Shown one piece after another: positions 49,972 through 61,352 of a stretch of DNA of 64,000 nucleotides. Position numbers and translations under genes: made by a program. Positions within the stretch are counted from its first letter, which is position 1, and each line of letters opens with the position of its first letter. The stretch is from Vicugna vicugna (taxonomy: Eukaryota): NCBI GenBank assembly GCA_013265495.1, contig MU058059.1:2207502-2271501 (forward strand), read 5' to 3'. The notes below the pieces were generated by a model. The model was given only the letters and a program-made list of their open reading frames with translations. It was not told the DNA's origin and searched no databases.

Positions 49972-52900
49972 AAGAATGATGACAGGGAAGAATTTTTAAG
50001 ATTGTAATATTGAGATGTGGGACAAAAACTAGTGACAAAATTGTGAGTGTAGGATAATGCCAATTTTATTGAATGATACAAAAAAATTTTTTAATCTATG
50101 GAAATGTGTAAAATACAAGCCAAAATAGTAATAGTAGTTATTTCTGGATAGTGGATTTATTGGTATTTTTGCTTTCTTTTAACTTTTCTATGTTTCCCAC
50201 ACTTCCCTCTGTGTGTTTATAGATCCGTCTTACGATGGCAAAAAGTTATTTCACATAGTTGTTAGGTAAGAGTTGATTCTGTAAGTAATTAACTCAGTGT
50301 GATGATTTGGGGAAGGCGAATTGGCAAAGAGTGATGATCATTCCCCACTTCCAGAAACCCAGAGGGGAAAGAGGACAGTTCTCTGATCTACCTCTACTTT
50401 CTGTTGTTCTAAAATGTATAAAGCACCTAACATATGAACATAGGTGTGAGGAGGCACTGCAGTGTAATTCTTTAAGCAGATTGTCCCCTTAGCCAGCTGT
50501 TTCCTAATCCTCGTTTGGCTGGCTCTTCCTCTGGAATTGTTTCTTTGCTAGAGTGTTAATGGATTGGTTAATTTGTGAGCAACACTCCTAATTGTATTAA
50601 GTCTCTACAACCTTATTAAGCATTTGTGCAGAATTAGATCAGAGAGCTCGGAGGAGCAGTGTGCCAGTGGTCGGGGGGAGGTGGGTCAGGGAGAGCCAGG
50701 CTGACAAGTGAGTCTGCCCCTGACCCCAATAAAATAGCACAGACTGAGAACCCCACTGCTGAAAATTCAGAAGGATTCTAAACCACATAAAATGCCTCCT
50801 TGCTGTATGTTTAAACACCATTAATGAGAGAGAGAGAGAGAACAAAAGAATGAAAGCCAACTTGGTCTTCTTACTCAGATCAGTTAGGATTTACTTTTAT
50901 TTGGGGGGAGAAGTGAGCAAGAATTACAAAATTTCAAGAGTGCTGGGTTTCTAATTCTGGTCGCCTGCGTTTTCTGTTTAGACACAAGGCTCCAGATACT
51001 CTGTGTTTAAAGAGCAAGAAACAATTTCAGAATATATAATTGGACCTTGTCTATTTTGAAGAGTGAAGACCGGATATATAGCCTGAAATATACTGATCTT
51101 TAAAAATCATGCTTGGCAGCTACTTGCTGCTACAGGTAGGGGAGATGAATTCAGCACCTGAGTGCTTACTGCACCTTCGAGCAGTGCTTTTGGGGAGGAC
51201 AGGTGTGAAAACTTGGCACTGATCCTGGGCGCTCTGACTCTCTGTGTCCCACCGCTTCCCTGTAACTCCTGGGGTACTTTTCCCCCAAAGTTGGAAATTT
51301 ATTATTCAGCATCATCGCAACCATAATGGAACTCCAAGTAAAACTTGTTAGCAGCTTTTTGCTTGATTGTAAGTTGTGGATTCCGTGTATTGTACTTTAG
51401 CACTTCCGAAGTAAGAAATACTGACGGGCCTGTAGGGGTGAAGACAGTTCAAACCCAGAAGTGGTCCCCATTTTTGCTTTCTTGATAATTCTGCTGTACC
51501 CCACGAAGAATGTTTTTCTTGTCTTCGGTTGTTGTTTGTGGTGTTGTCATTGTTGTTTTCAGTTGGATGGTCCCATGGGTTTTAAGAGTCACCTGGAAAA
51601 TAGAAAAACAAAGGCTGTCATTAATTTTGGAAGTTTTACATTATTATGTATGTTTGTGCCAGTGACATGGGCTTGGAGAGCACAAATAAGGTGGATAGAA
51701 CAGTCAGGGAAGAGAGGCTAAGAGACACCTCCTTCCCAGATCTCAGGGAGCTCAGCTCAGCCTGTATCCCACACACCAGGTCAGGAATCTGTGGGGATGT
51801 CCCAGGGTGTCCCCCAAAGTGTTCCTCTCCTCTGCCAGGCAGGGTCTGCTGTTTCTTCCCAGATGCTGAGGGGGTGGCCCTGTCCCCTTTGCCACCAGCA
51901 ACCAGGTGTCCCAGCCACCCTGGACCGCTCCTGCTCCTGCTGGCAGGCTGCTGCCCCCTGACCCGGGAACCTCCCACCCAGTTAGGAGCTCACAGCCTCC
52001 CGTCTCAGAGGCACTGGAAGTCAACAAGGTCCTAGAATCGAGTACTTAAAGATCGGAGTGCATGTTATAAAAAAAAAGGGGTTTAGGCAGCGGGTGCAAA
52101 GGTGGTGCAGTGTGTGTGTGCGCGCGCGTGCATGTGCTGGGGACCGGGGTGGGGATGGGGCTGCACTGCCAATAAAGGGGCCCTTTGCTTCAGAGTCTTT
52201 CCATCGGGGGCGGAGAGAGACTCTGGAGGAACCTTCCGTGGTTGTGCGAGTGAGAGGGGACGTGGCTCTCACCCGGATCAGAACATCTTCCAGACAGGTG
52301 CAGCTGGTTCCTTCTGTTCCTTTCGTATTTTCTGGGTCTTTGTAATGATGTGGACACGCTTCATGTCCTTGTTCAGTCAGAGACACAGGATGCTTCCTGG
52401 AATAAAATCCGTGGCAAGGAAAGCCTGCACACACCTACTGCTTCGTTAATAATTGCTCGTGTGGGGCTCTCTGTGACTTTGCTTTTTTCCCCTTAATTGG
52501 TTGAGTATTAATAAACTCGTGGTTTGTTTCAAGGGCACAGCTAGTCTTTAATGGTTGTCCAGAAATTTCAGGAAGAGAGCGAAAGAATGAACATAATACA
52601 TCATCACTGCTTCCGGAGATTTTTTGTTGGTAAGATAATAAAATGTTAAAAAGCAAGGCCACTTGAGCAGAAAGTAATTGCCCTGACAAGCAGGGCCCCG
52701 GCAGCTCTCACAGTGTCACAATGAGGCAGCCTTTCCCTCGGCGTCAGGCAGACTTGCATCGCAAGTAAATATTTCCTCACTTTGTGGGAATGTACTTTTC
52801 CCATCCATCATGGAGAATGAAACTGCAGGCTTCTAATTGATCTTGGCTGATGTTTGATTTCATACGCAAGTTAAAGGCAAGAGGCGGTGGGGTCTCCCTG

Positions 52901-53473
52901 CCCCCACCGTGTGCATGACCGCAGGCACATCCCTCCATTAATGTCAGACTGCATCTGTGCTGCCTGTTGTCACCGTCACACGTCAGTCATTGATGCATTA
53001 GCCATCACTTAGCGGCCACTTTCCCCCCACTAGTTCCCTGCTGGCTGGAATTTTACTTTGCAAGACTTTAACCGTGAACCTCTGGGCTCATGACATAAAG
53101 AGCTCGCTCACACCTAATGCATTAGAAATTGTAACTTGCTCTTACCTGTTCTCCCACCTGTGAATCCCAACAACTTGAGGAGGAAGGCCAGGTGCCTCCT
53201 GTACGCAAACGTGGGGACTGAGACTCAGAAAACCTACGTGGCTCATCTCAGGTGTCTGGTCAGTGTTGGGTGGAGTAGAATTTGAACCCAGAACGTCTTC
53301 AGTCAGAAGGAACACTCTCGTTCCTGAGTGGGTGAGAGAGCCCTTTGAAGGGTAGAATTGTGTTTATCTTGTCTTCCTAGAACACCCCGCTCACCTCTTC
53401 TCCAGTCGAGTTCCTCTCGATGTTAGTTAGAGAAGCAGGAGACATTTTTGACTGTCAGAAGAAAAAAGTACCG

Positions 53474-53995
53474 ATGTAAAATAGATTAACAACAAGGACC
53501 TACTTATAGCCCAGGGGACTATATTCAGCTTCTTGTAATAACATATAATGGAAAAGAATCTGAAAAGAAAAAAAAAATACGTATGTATATGTATAACTGA
53601 ATTGCTTGAAACTAACATTGTAAATCAACTGCACTTCAAAAAATGATAACAATAATGACACAAATGAACTAATTATTATTTTGATTTCTTGAATATGTGT
53701 AAGCACATTTGATTGTCCTTTATGATTGGATTGCCGTATTCTGTTGAATCTTATTTTGTAGCTGGCTTTATTCCTTTGATAACTATGTAAGTTTAGAAAG
53801 CTAAAGATCTAATCTGTTCTTAGGAACAATAATAGTACATATATGTAAATGTTTTAAAAAGTGCAGTATACTGTGTATATGTATTTAATCCAATATAATG
53901 TGTATGTACAGTCAAACTAATAATTCTACCTAATAAAATTGAAAAAGGAAAAAAAATCAACTGCACTTCAATAAAAAATAAAATGAAAAAAAAAC
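53474..53995 (+). mobile_element. L1 3' end interrupted by a 314-nt TSD-flanked insert
   Basis: L1 tail 'aaaatagattaacaacaaggacctac...aacattgtaaatcaactgcacttcaa' resumes at 53954 as 'aaatcaactgcacttcaataaaaaataaaa'. Confidence 0.85.
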
Positions 53996-56900
53996 AGATG
54001 CGTAGAGAAAACAGTAAAATCAATTCCACTTAATTAATTGGAAGTGGGGCATAAAAGGCTAAGAAAATTACTAACGTAAGAGTGAAAAAGAAAGGTCTGT
54101 GTACCATTAGGTATGGTTGTAAGCACCCTGGCATTCAAGAGAAGGGGGAGATGTGGGTGGTCATTCTCTCGGGGAGGAAGCTTTCCCATCCTGCTCCTCA
54201 TTTCCACCAAGGGCTCCATGTCAGCAGCCCTGAGTGACGTAAAGGGCACTGTTTTTCTCACGAGCAGATTCAGTGTCACTGTGGCAGCATGATGCATGCA
54301 ACTATTGTTTTCCCCACCTGACTTCCAAGTGACAGGAATAACTCCAAGTGAGTCAGTGAAGGCAGCTCTCTGGGAGGCAGAGAGGGTGTCTGGCTGATTT
54401 GATTTGGGGACAGACACCAGCCTGCCCAGCAGAGGGAGGGACTGCTTGCTTCCTGAGTGATCATCCTCTAAGCCCCCTTGTCAGCACTGAGTTAACTGTC
54501 GAGACCAGCAGTACTGGTGCTGTGCCGTGGGTTTCTAGAGCCTTCCACCCTCTCAGGGCCTGCTGGGTTTGGGTGCGAACCAGGGCTCCCTCCGGGCGCG
54601 GATAGGACTTGGGTGGGATCCTAGGGTGCCCCGCCATTGCAGGTGGTGGAGACAGATTTTGCCTGGAGGATTTGAGGGCAGGCAGTGCCCAGGCAGTCCC
54701 CATGGCTGTACGGAAACCTCAGGAAGACGCCCAAGAAGTATCAGAGCTCAGGCAACATCAGTGCCTTACCGCTGTGCCTCTGACGAGGAGTGGGCTGCCA
54801 GCAGCCCCTCTAGGCGTGAAACAGATCGACCTGCGAGTGGAGTGGCTTTTTCATTGGCCACTTAGGTGTTGGGGAATGTCTACCAAACGGTGACTTCTGC
54901 TCCGGCGTATTTAGTGTTCAGCGGACCATAATTAGGTGATGGTTGCTTAGGAACACCTGGTTCACCATAGAGATGCATAGAGATGCAGCATAGCAGGGAG
55001 ACTGGGCGAGTCAGGTGGTTTCTACCTGACTGTGAAGTCCCAGGTGTTTACATCAATAGAAGAAAGCAGGGACACAGATATTTCAGCAGCAATGATGCTC
55101 CATCCACATTTTCAGGCTGTTCACTGTCAGTGATAGATGAAGGTCTTCCTGTTGATTATATAATGAAAATTTCTGGTCCCTTTTTGGGTCTTTGCCCCCT
55201 TCTTCTGTTCACTGGTGAGTATTTGAATCTGGTCTACATCTCCCATCCTGAAGCTGCTTGAAGCTGTATAGTCTTCCCTTATCAAGGTAATAAAACCTAA
55301 CATTCTTACAGGTTTATAGTTTTTATTTTTTCCTTTCTCAAAAAACTAATTTCGTCACTTCCTCAAAATAATCTCATGAGATGGATAATAGCTCTTGCAT
55401 TTTGAGATAAAGAAATATACTTAAGCCTGGCAGGGTGTGTAATTAGCAGTGCCCAGGACATGAACGCTGGCCCTTAGGGTCCACACCCAGAATCCTTCCC
55501 TTGGCCTCACGGAGAATGTATCAAAGGAAACATCACAGGAAAATTTCCCCACCCTGTCTGTTATAAACTGAAAGAATAAATACTCATGTGTTAAAATGTC
55601 AAGTTCAGCTATTTTACTTCTTCATATGGAAACTCAAAAAGTGAACAAAGTAAATTAGAATGTAATAAATTTTTTCCAGTTATTTCTGAAAAAATATTGC
55701 GTTTTTTTTCTAAATTTCCAATTATTAAATACTTTTCCACTAAATGTTTAGCCTTTGGTTGAAACTAAATATATTAGCTTGATACTTAACGTGGGTGATT
55801 TAAAAAAAATTTACTGATAAAGGTTGCTCATTTGCCACTTTTAGAAAATGACCTAATTTCTTATTTTGGAGGTAAGCACTAGAGTATTATGTTATTTCTT
55901 TCCATCCATATACTTTTTCCAAAGTGTTATGTTTCCTCCCCAAATTAGGCGGAGGATGCTTCTCAAACATCCCAGTGAAGATTCTCACCGTAGAGGCGCC
56001 TCATTTATAATTAGGTTAATTGTTTTTGATTGAACTTGATCATTCAGTGTCCCTAATGCATCAAATACTGTGTGGCACGTGTAAGACACTCATTTCTTCA
56101 GTAAGTGAGTGAGTCTTATAAATTATAGCATTGGGCAACTCATCTTTTAACCCTAAAACATCTCTAGCAGAAACTTCATTATGTAGGTAACCTTTTAGAA
56201 TGAGTTTTGCACATACCCTTGGAATTGAAATCTTCTAAGATTATTTTAGTAGAAATATTTCTTTCTAGTTAATTTATTTCTTTCCTTTTTATATGTTATA
56301 TGGCTTCTTTCCCCTTTAACTCTTGTTTGTGAGAAATCGTATTTATTTTTTCATTAGAGCAAGTTTGGAAAATTGTAAAAATTACGGGAAGAAGGAAAAA
56401 AGTTTAAAATGGTGCCACTCATTATAATAATTCATAACTGGAAATTCTTTTCAGTTTGTTCGCAAATTGTGTTTTTTAAAATTAGACTCATATAAATTCC
56501 ATCTTTTTCTTTTTTTAACTTAACCTTAAATTGTGACTTAAATTAAATTAACCTTAAATAATATTAAACTATATTTTCCTTATATCCTTAAAGTTTAAGA
56601 AGACATTTGAGAACTTATTTCGGCAGTGGCATAATACTCCATGCTATTGAGGTACATGGTTTTAATGCATTAATGAACACTGAAATGTTCACAACCTGAA
56701 ACAATGCATTTCAACAACGCAATGCATTTCCAAAAATGGGATAGTTTGCATTTTCAAAAATGGCCTTTATAGAAAGGGCCCTTTTGAAAATCATGAGAAG
56801 TTAGATATAACATTAGGTCAGATTCTTAAATAAAACAAAGGCCTGTGTTTTAAAAGCTTCTACTAACATGAAGTGAAAACAAAATGAAATTGTTTTGAAT

Positions 56901-58769
56901 CAGAATATATACTGGTTGATAGTTTTGGCTTCTGAGCTCATAATTACCAAGAAGGTCTTTAGTTTTGCAAAACTCAACGTGTTGATTGCCAAGAGCCAAG
57001 TAATCGCTTCTAGTAAATAGTGTGGCTCAAAATTATGTTCCTGTGTTTCTCTGACTGAAAGCCGAGCTGAGTGCTGTGACTGTATTGGAGGTTATACGTG
57101 CTTTCATAGGAATGAACTCAAAGCGTAACACTGAGGTTAAGATAAACTTGTTTGGTGTTCATTCAGCTATCTCTGCTCATCCTGTCCATGTGTGTTATTA
57201 ATCACCCACTGTATGCTCAATCCAGTGCTTAGTTCTTGGAAAACTCAGAGTTTTCCAGAATTAAGTAGCAGTATCTTTCCAACAGATATAAAATAGTGGT
57301 AATCCGGCATCCTTTTCTAACAGGGTCTCAACCGTAGTCGAGCTTTGCTGTGTGGATAGTACTGCTGATGTCAGCACTTTCTTGGGAGGAGTTTTTTGCT
57401 TATTCAACTTTTGCCTCATGTTAGATTTTTTTCCTGCCTTTATCTTAGAGTTTGTTTTTTTGTTGACTGGCTCTGTGGCTTAAGAATTCAATTTTGAGGC
57501 CTTGTTGTTTTTTTTTTTTTTAAAGCAACAGAGGGTAAGCAAGCAACTGAGTGTCCCTTGGTACAGTAGCCAATTTAGGATGATTTATGCCCACTTAGTA
57601 GTAAAGTCTCATTCTTAAAGGATATAAACTCGATATTCCTTGTAGGGATCCTTAAATTGTCCGAACACTGTTCACGTTAAAGCATGGTTATCAAGTTTTA
57701 GGCCAAATAAAGATATTTTGTCTCTGTCTAATTTTTGCCATTCCAAAACACAGTGGCCTTCTGTGGTGGGAGTGGTTTAATCAAGTGTTCAGAATTTCTT
57801 GGCTGCAACCTGTTTCTGAGGAGTTTAACTCAGCTATTGTTAAGAGAGGTCATTCTTCAGTCACTGCCCAGCTTTTGTAAGTATGTTAAGAGCTGGTAAA
57901 GAAAAAGGAACTTTGAAGTCTGGATTAGAAAATAAGATGCACTCATTGTGCTTTATGTTTTGAGATGTAGCTAAAATGCATGTTTTTAATTGCTACACGG
58001 ATGTATTCAATCTTGAAATTTTAAAAAAATGGCTCTACCCTTGGACAAATTGAATTTGTAATTAAGAGTTGAACTGCTAAAGTTAGAACATGAGCCGTAT
58101 TATAAGAATTAATGCAAGTCTAATTAGTCTCAAATGCTCAAATGATTCTTTGGTTTGTCTATACAGTTGCAAGTTTAATATGAAGTACGGGATGGAAATT
58201 CCACTGGCTAATTGGGACCCTCCCCTCTTTGGCCTGGACCATTGATTGCTACGATGGTCTCATTTGCTACAGCAGAGTTTCTCCCACCTCGGGGGTCACA
58301 GCATCCTCTGGGGGACTAGCTAAGATGCAGAGAGCTGGACCACACTCGACAGTTTGGATCTAGGAGGCTGGAAGGGGACCTAGGAGAAGCTGCAATGGTA
58401 AAAAGCAACACAGGTGACCGTAAAGCCCCCTTGAGAGAAAGCAAAGGCCTTTTTGTGGTCAGAGGCTGATGGTGGCCTCCTCTCCCACCCCACTCAGTGC
58501 ATTTTGGGGCCCCTAACAGATGGCTGCCCTGTCCTGGTGCACAGCTGGTCCCCCGCCCCTGTTCTCTTGCCCAAGTTCTGGTATGGGGTCCACCCCACCT
58601 GCCTCCTGGCAGTCCTCTTGTTTTTCAGGCTAATCTCTTGTCACCTCTTCACTCGACTTTTCTTCCACGGCGCGCCCTGCTTTCGCCTGGAGCCTGTCAC
58701 TGCCTTACCTGTGCTTTCATGATGCCTTCCCCAAATCTCTAGTCCCTTTCCACACCTGTTACAGCGGGA

Positions 58770-58975
58770 CCCTGGGGCCCAACTGTCTGGATTTGAAAGC
58801 TGGCTCCTCCTTTCTAGCTGTTTGATGGAGGGTAAGTGACAATCTCTCTGGGCCACGGAGTCTTCATGTGAAGGCTACCTCGCTGTCTGTTCTGAGGACC
58901 AAGTGAAAGAACAAGTGTTACAGGGCTGAGGGCCGTGACTGTTAAGGACTGAGTGTGCACCGAAGGTCAGCCGTT
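58770..58975 (+). mobile_element. MIR SINE
   Basis: 'ctgtctggatttgaaagctggctcctcctttctagctgtttgatggagggtaagtgacaatctctctgggcc'. Confidence 0.55.
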
Positions 58976-59848
58976 GTCTTCACTCTGTCTCTGGTGGTGT
59001 CATTTCAGCATCTTCTCACGAGCTCCCCATTCCCAGAGAGTCGGGTGAGGAACCTCAGCTCCACCTCTGTTTCTAGCCCCTAAAACACGCTCGCCCTCCA
59101 CACCACCCTACGTGTGTTGGTGGAATCGAATTGGCTTTACTTGCAAGTACATTCTCTGACCTGGATGTCTCCAGACCCCAGCAGGCGTGTCTGTGGCTCT
59201 CGGTTACTCTCACTGCTGCCCTGGGGGCCTCCCTAGGGGATACCCTACCCTGCTCCCAGGGCAGACTCTGTGCCAGCCCTGCTTTCTGGGTCCTCAGGAG
59301 CTGCTGGCTATGCCTGCTGTGGGCTGTTGGCATCGGTACCCAGGGAGCCCCTCCTGACCTCCCCACGGGTGCCTGGCTTCTCAGAGCTGCACTTGGCCAT
59401 CACTGGGCTTCCCGGGGCTGCTGGGTGCCCATCTCAGAGGAAACTTGATTCTGCATCTGCAGTGAGTGCCGCTTGCCCAGGAACGAGCTCATCCCTCTGC
59501 AGAGCAGAGTCTGCTGTGACATTTGGAAGAGACCATCGTCCGGAGACAGCCAGCCTGTTAAGAGCATCTCGGCCGTGACCCACCTGCCGCCCCCAGGTGA
59601 CCGGCTCTGCCCTGCAGGGGACAGGTGTCCACGTTCCTGCCTCTCAGAAGACAGAAGACTGGCCCAAGTGTCCAGATGACCGTTTTTCCAGACTGGACAG
59701 TTTCTAAACAGTTTCATGGATCTTAAACCCGAGTGTCAATCAGATTTTCCTCCCTTTCAGCAGTTTCTGCAAGAAGGGCAATCTGAGCTGTGCATATTTC
59801 TCTTCCCTCTTTTATTTCTTGCTCAACGAATCACTGTGTTTTCCCTGG

Positions 59849-60271
59849 TGTATCTGTTTCCTGGGGCCACTGCAACAAATTACCACAAACTTGGTGACTT
59901 CAACCACAGAAATGTGTCTCCTTGCAGTTCTGGAGGCCAGAATCTGGAATCCAGGTGCCGGCAGGGCCGTGCTACTCCTGGGGCTGTGGGGGACAGTGGT
60001 TCCATGCCACCCTGTTTCTAGTGGCCACCACATCCTTGGCTTGTAGCCGCACCCTCGCATTTCTGCCTCCATCTGCATGTGGCTTCTCCCCTGCTTTTTT
60101 CCCCTCCTCTGTGGGTCTCTCTTAAGCATGCTTGTCATTGGATTTGTAGCCCACCTGGATCAGCCAGGATTACCTATTCATCTCAAGATCTTTCTTCCAG
60201 AGAAGGTGGCATTTACAAGTTCCAGGGATTAGGACTTGATAGCTTTGAGTGGCCATATTCTCCCTCCTACA
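59849..60271 (-). mobile_element. MaLR solo LTR (MLT1C-like) with intact ends and 5-nt TSD
   Basis: TG...CA termini, TSD CCTGG at 59844-59848 and 60272-60276; 'aacaaattaccacaaacttggtgactt...cagttctggaggccagaatctggaatccaggtgccggcagggccgtgct'. Confidence 0.9.
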
Positions 60272-60394
60272 CCTGGGTGATAAGAGTTTACATGATCATA
60301 TATCCTTCCATCACACCAAATTTACAAGCTAGTGTCGCTGAACTCTGGTAATCTGGTTGCTGCCAGGAGTTTTTCATGTTGGAGGAAGAGAGAA

Positions 60395-60595
60395 TGATAA
60401 CAGGCCCTTCCTGTGCACCGAGTGCTGTGACACACGCCAGCTCACACTGCCCCGGGGGAAAGGTGCTACCTTTATCCCCGCTTTCCTGATGAGGTGACAG
60501 AGGCAGGGAGCATTTAATCACTTGCTAAGGTTTGCTAGCTACTTGGTGGCAGTCAGCAAGCGCTCCTGGCAGTAGCCTTTAGAATCTGTGCTCTT
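60395..60595 (-). mobile_element. MIR SINE
   Basis: 'tttatccccgctttcctgatgaggtgacagaggcagggagcatttaatcacttgctaagg'. Confidence 0.6.
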
Positions 60596-61005
60596 AAAGG
60601 TGGTCAGGGCTGCAGAGAGGTGGCTTCAAGGAAGGGCTGGGCAGGGGGTCTTGGTGCCCCAGATTCCTCCTCTAACATGCTTCTAAGACCGTGGGTGAGT
60701 TGGTCCACCCCTGTGAACATGATTTTCAGTTTCATCCAGGAAAAGGATTATGAAGAGGGAATCAATAAGGAGAGAAGTATCCAAAGAAAGCCAGTGAGAA
60801 GCTTTGGACGAAGGTTTGGTTGACTTAGGTTGAATTTAACGTTAGATGTTTGGATTATCTGGGAAATTTGACTGTGACAAAGCTTCTATAAAAAGGACTG
60901 TGTAAACTGTTAGGCACTGTACAAATGCTAAATGATTCTGTTATTCAGTTAGTCCCATTTCTGCTTGTGCTACATGCTTGGAACCTTAAAAATAAACTTG
61001 TTGGA

Positions 61006-61352
61006 GACAGAAAACAAACTATGGTTACCAAAGGGGAAGGAGTGGGGGTAGAGGGATAAATTAGGAGCTTGGGATTAACATATACGCACTACTATATATA
61101 AAATAGATGTAAACAACAAGGACCGACTGTATAGCATTGGGAACAATATTTAGTATCTTGTAATAATCTATAATAGAAAAAGTATGAAAAAGAACATATA
61201 TATGTACAATTGAATCACTATGCTGTACATCTGAAACTAACACAACATTGTAAATCAACTATACTTCAATTAAAAAAAAAGGTTAAAAAAGTTACCATGA
61301 GATCTACCCTCTTCGTAAATGTTTATGGATACAAAAAAATAAAAAAATAAAA
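61006..61352 (+). mobile_element. 5'-truncated lineage-specific L1 3' end with extra 3' sequence
   Basis: 'gacagaaaacaaactatggttaccaaagggg...cacaacattgtaaatcaactatacttcaattaaaaaaaaa'; TSD AAACTTGTTGGA (60994-61005) and AAAATTGTTGGA (61353-61364). Confidence 0.88.

Noticed and set aside
57237..57257. Perfect 9-bp inverted repeat TGGAAAACT-CAG-AGTTTTCCA
   Set aside because: A stem of this length is expected by chance in 64 kb and has no supporting context.
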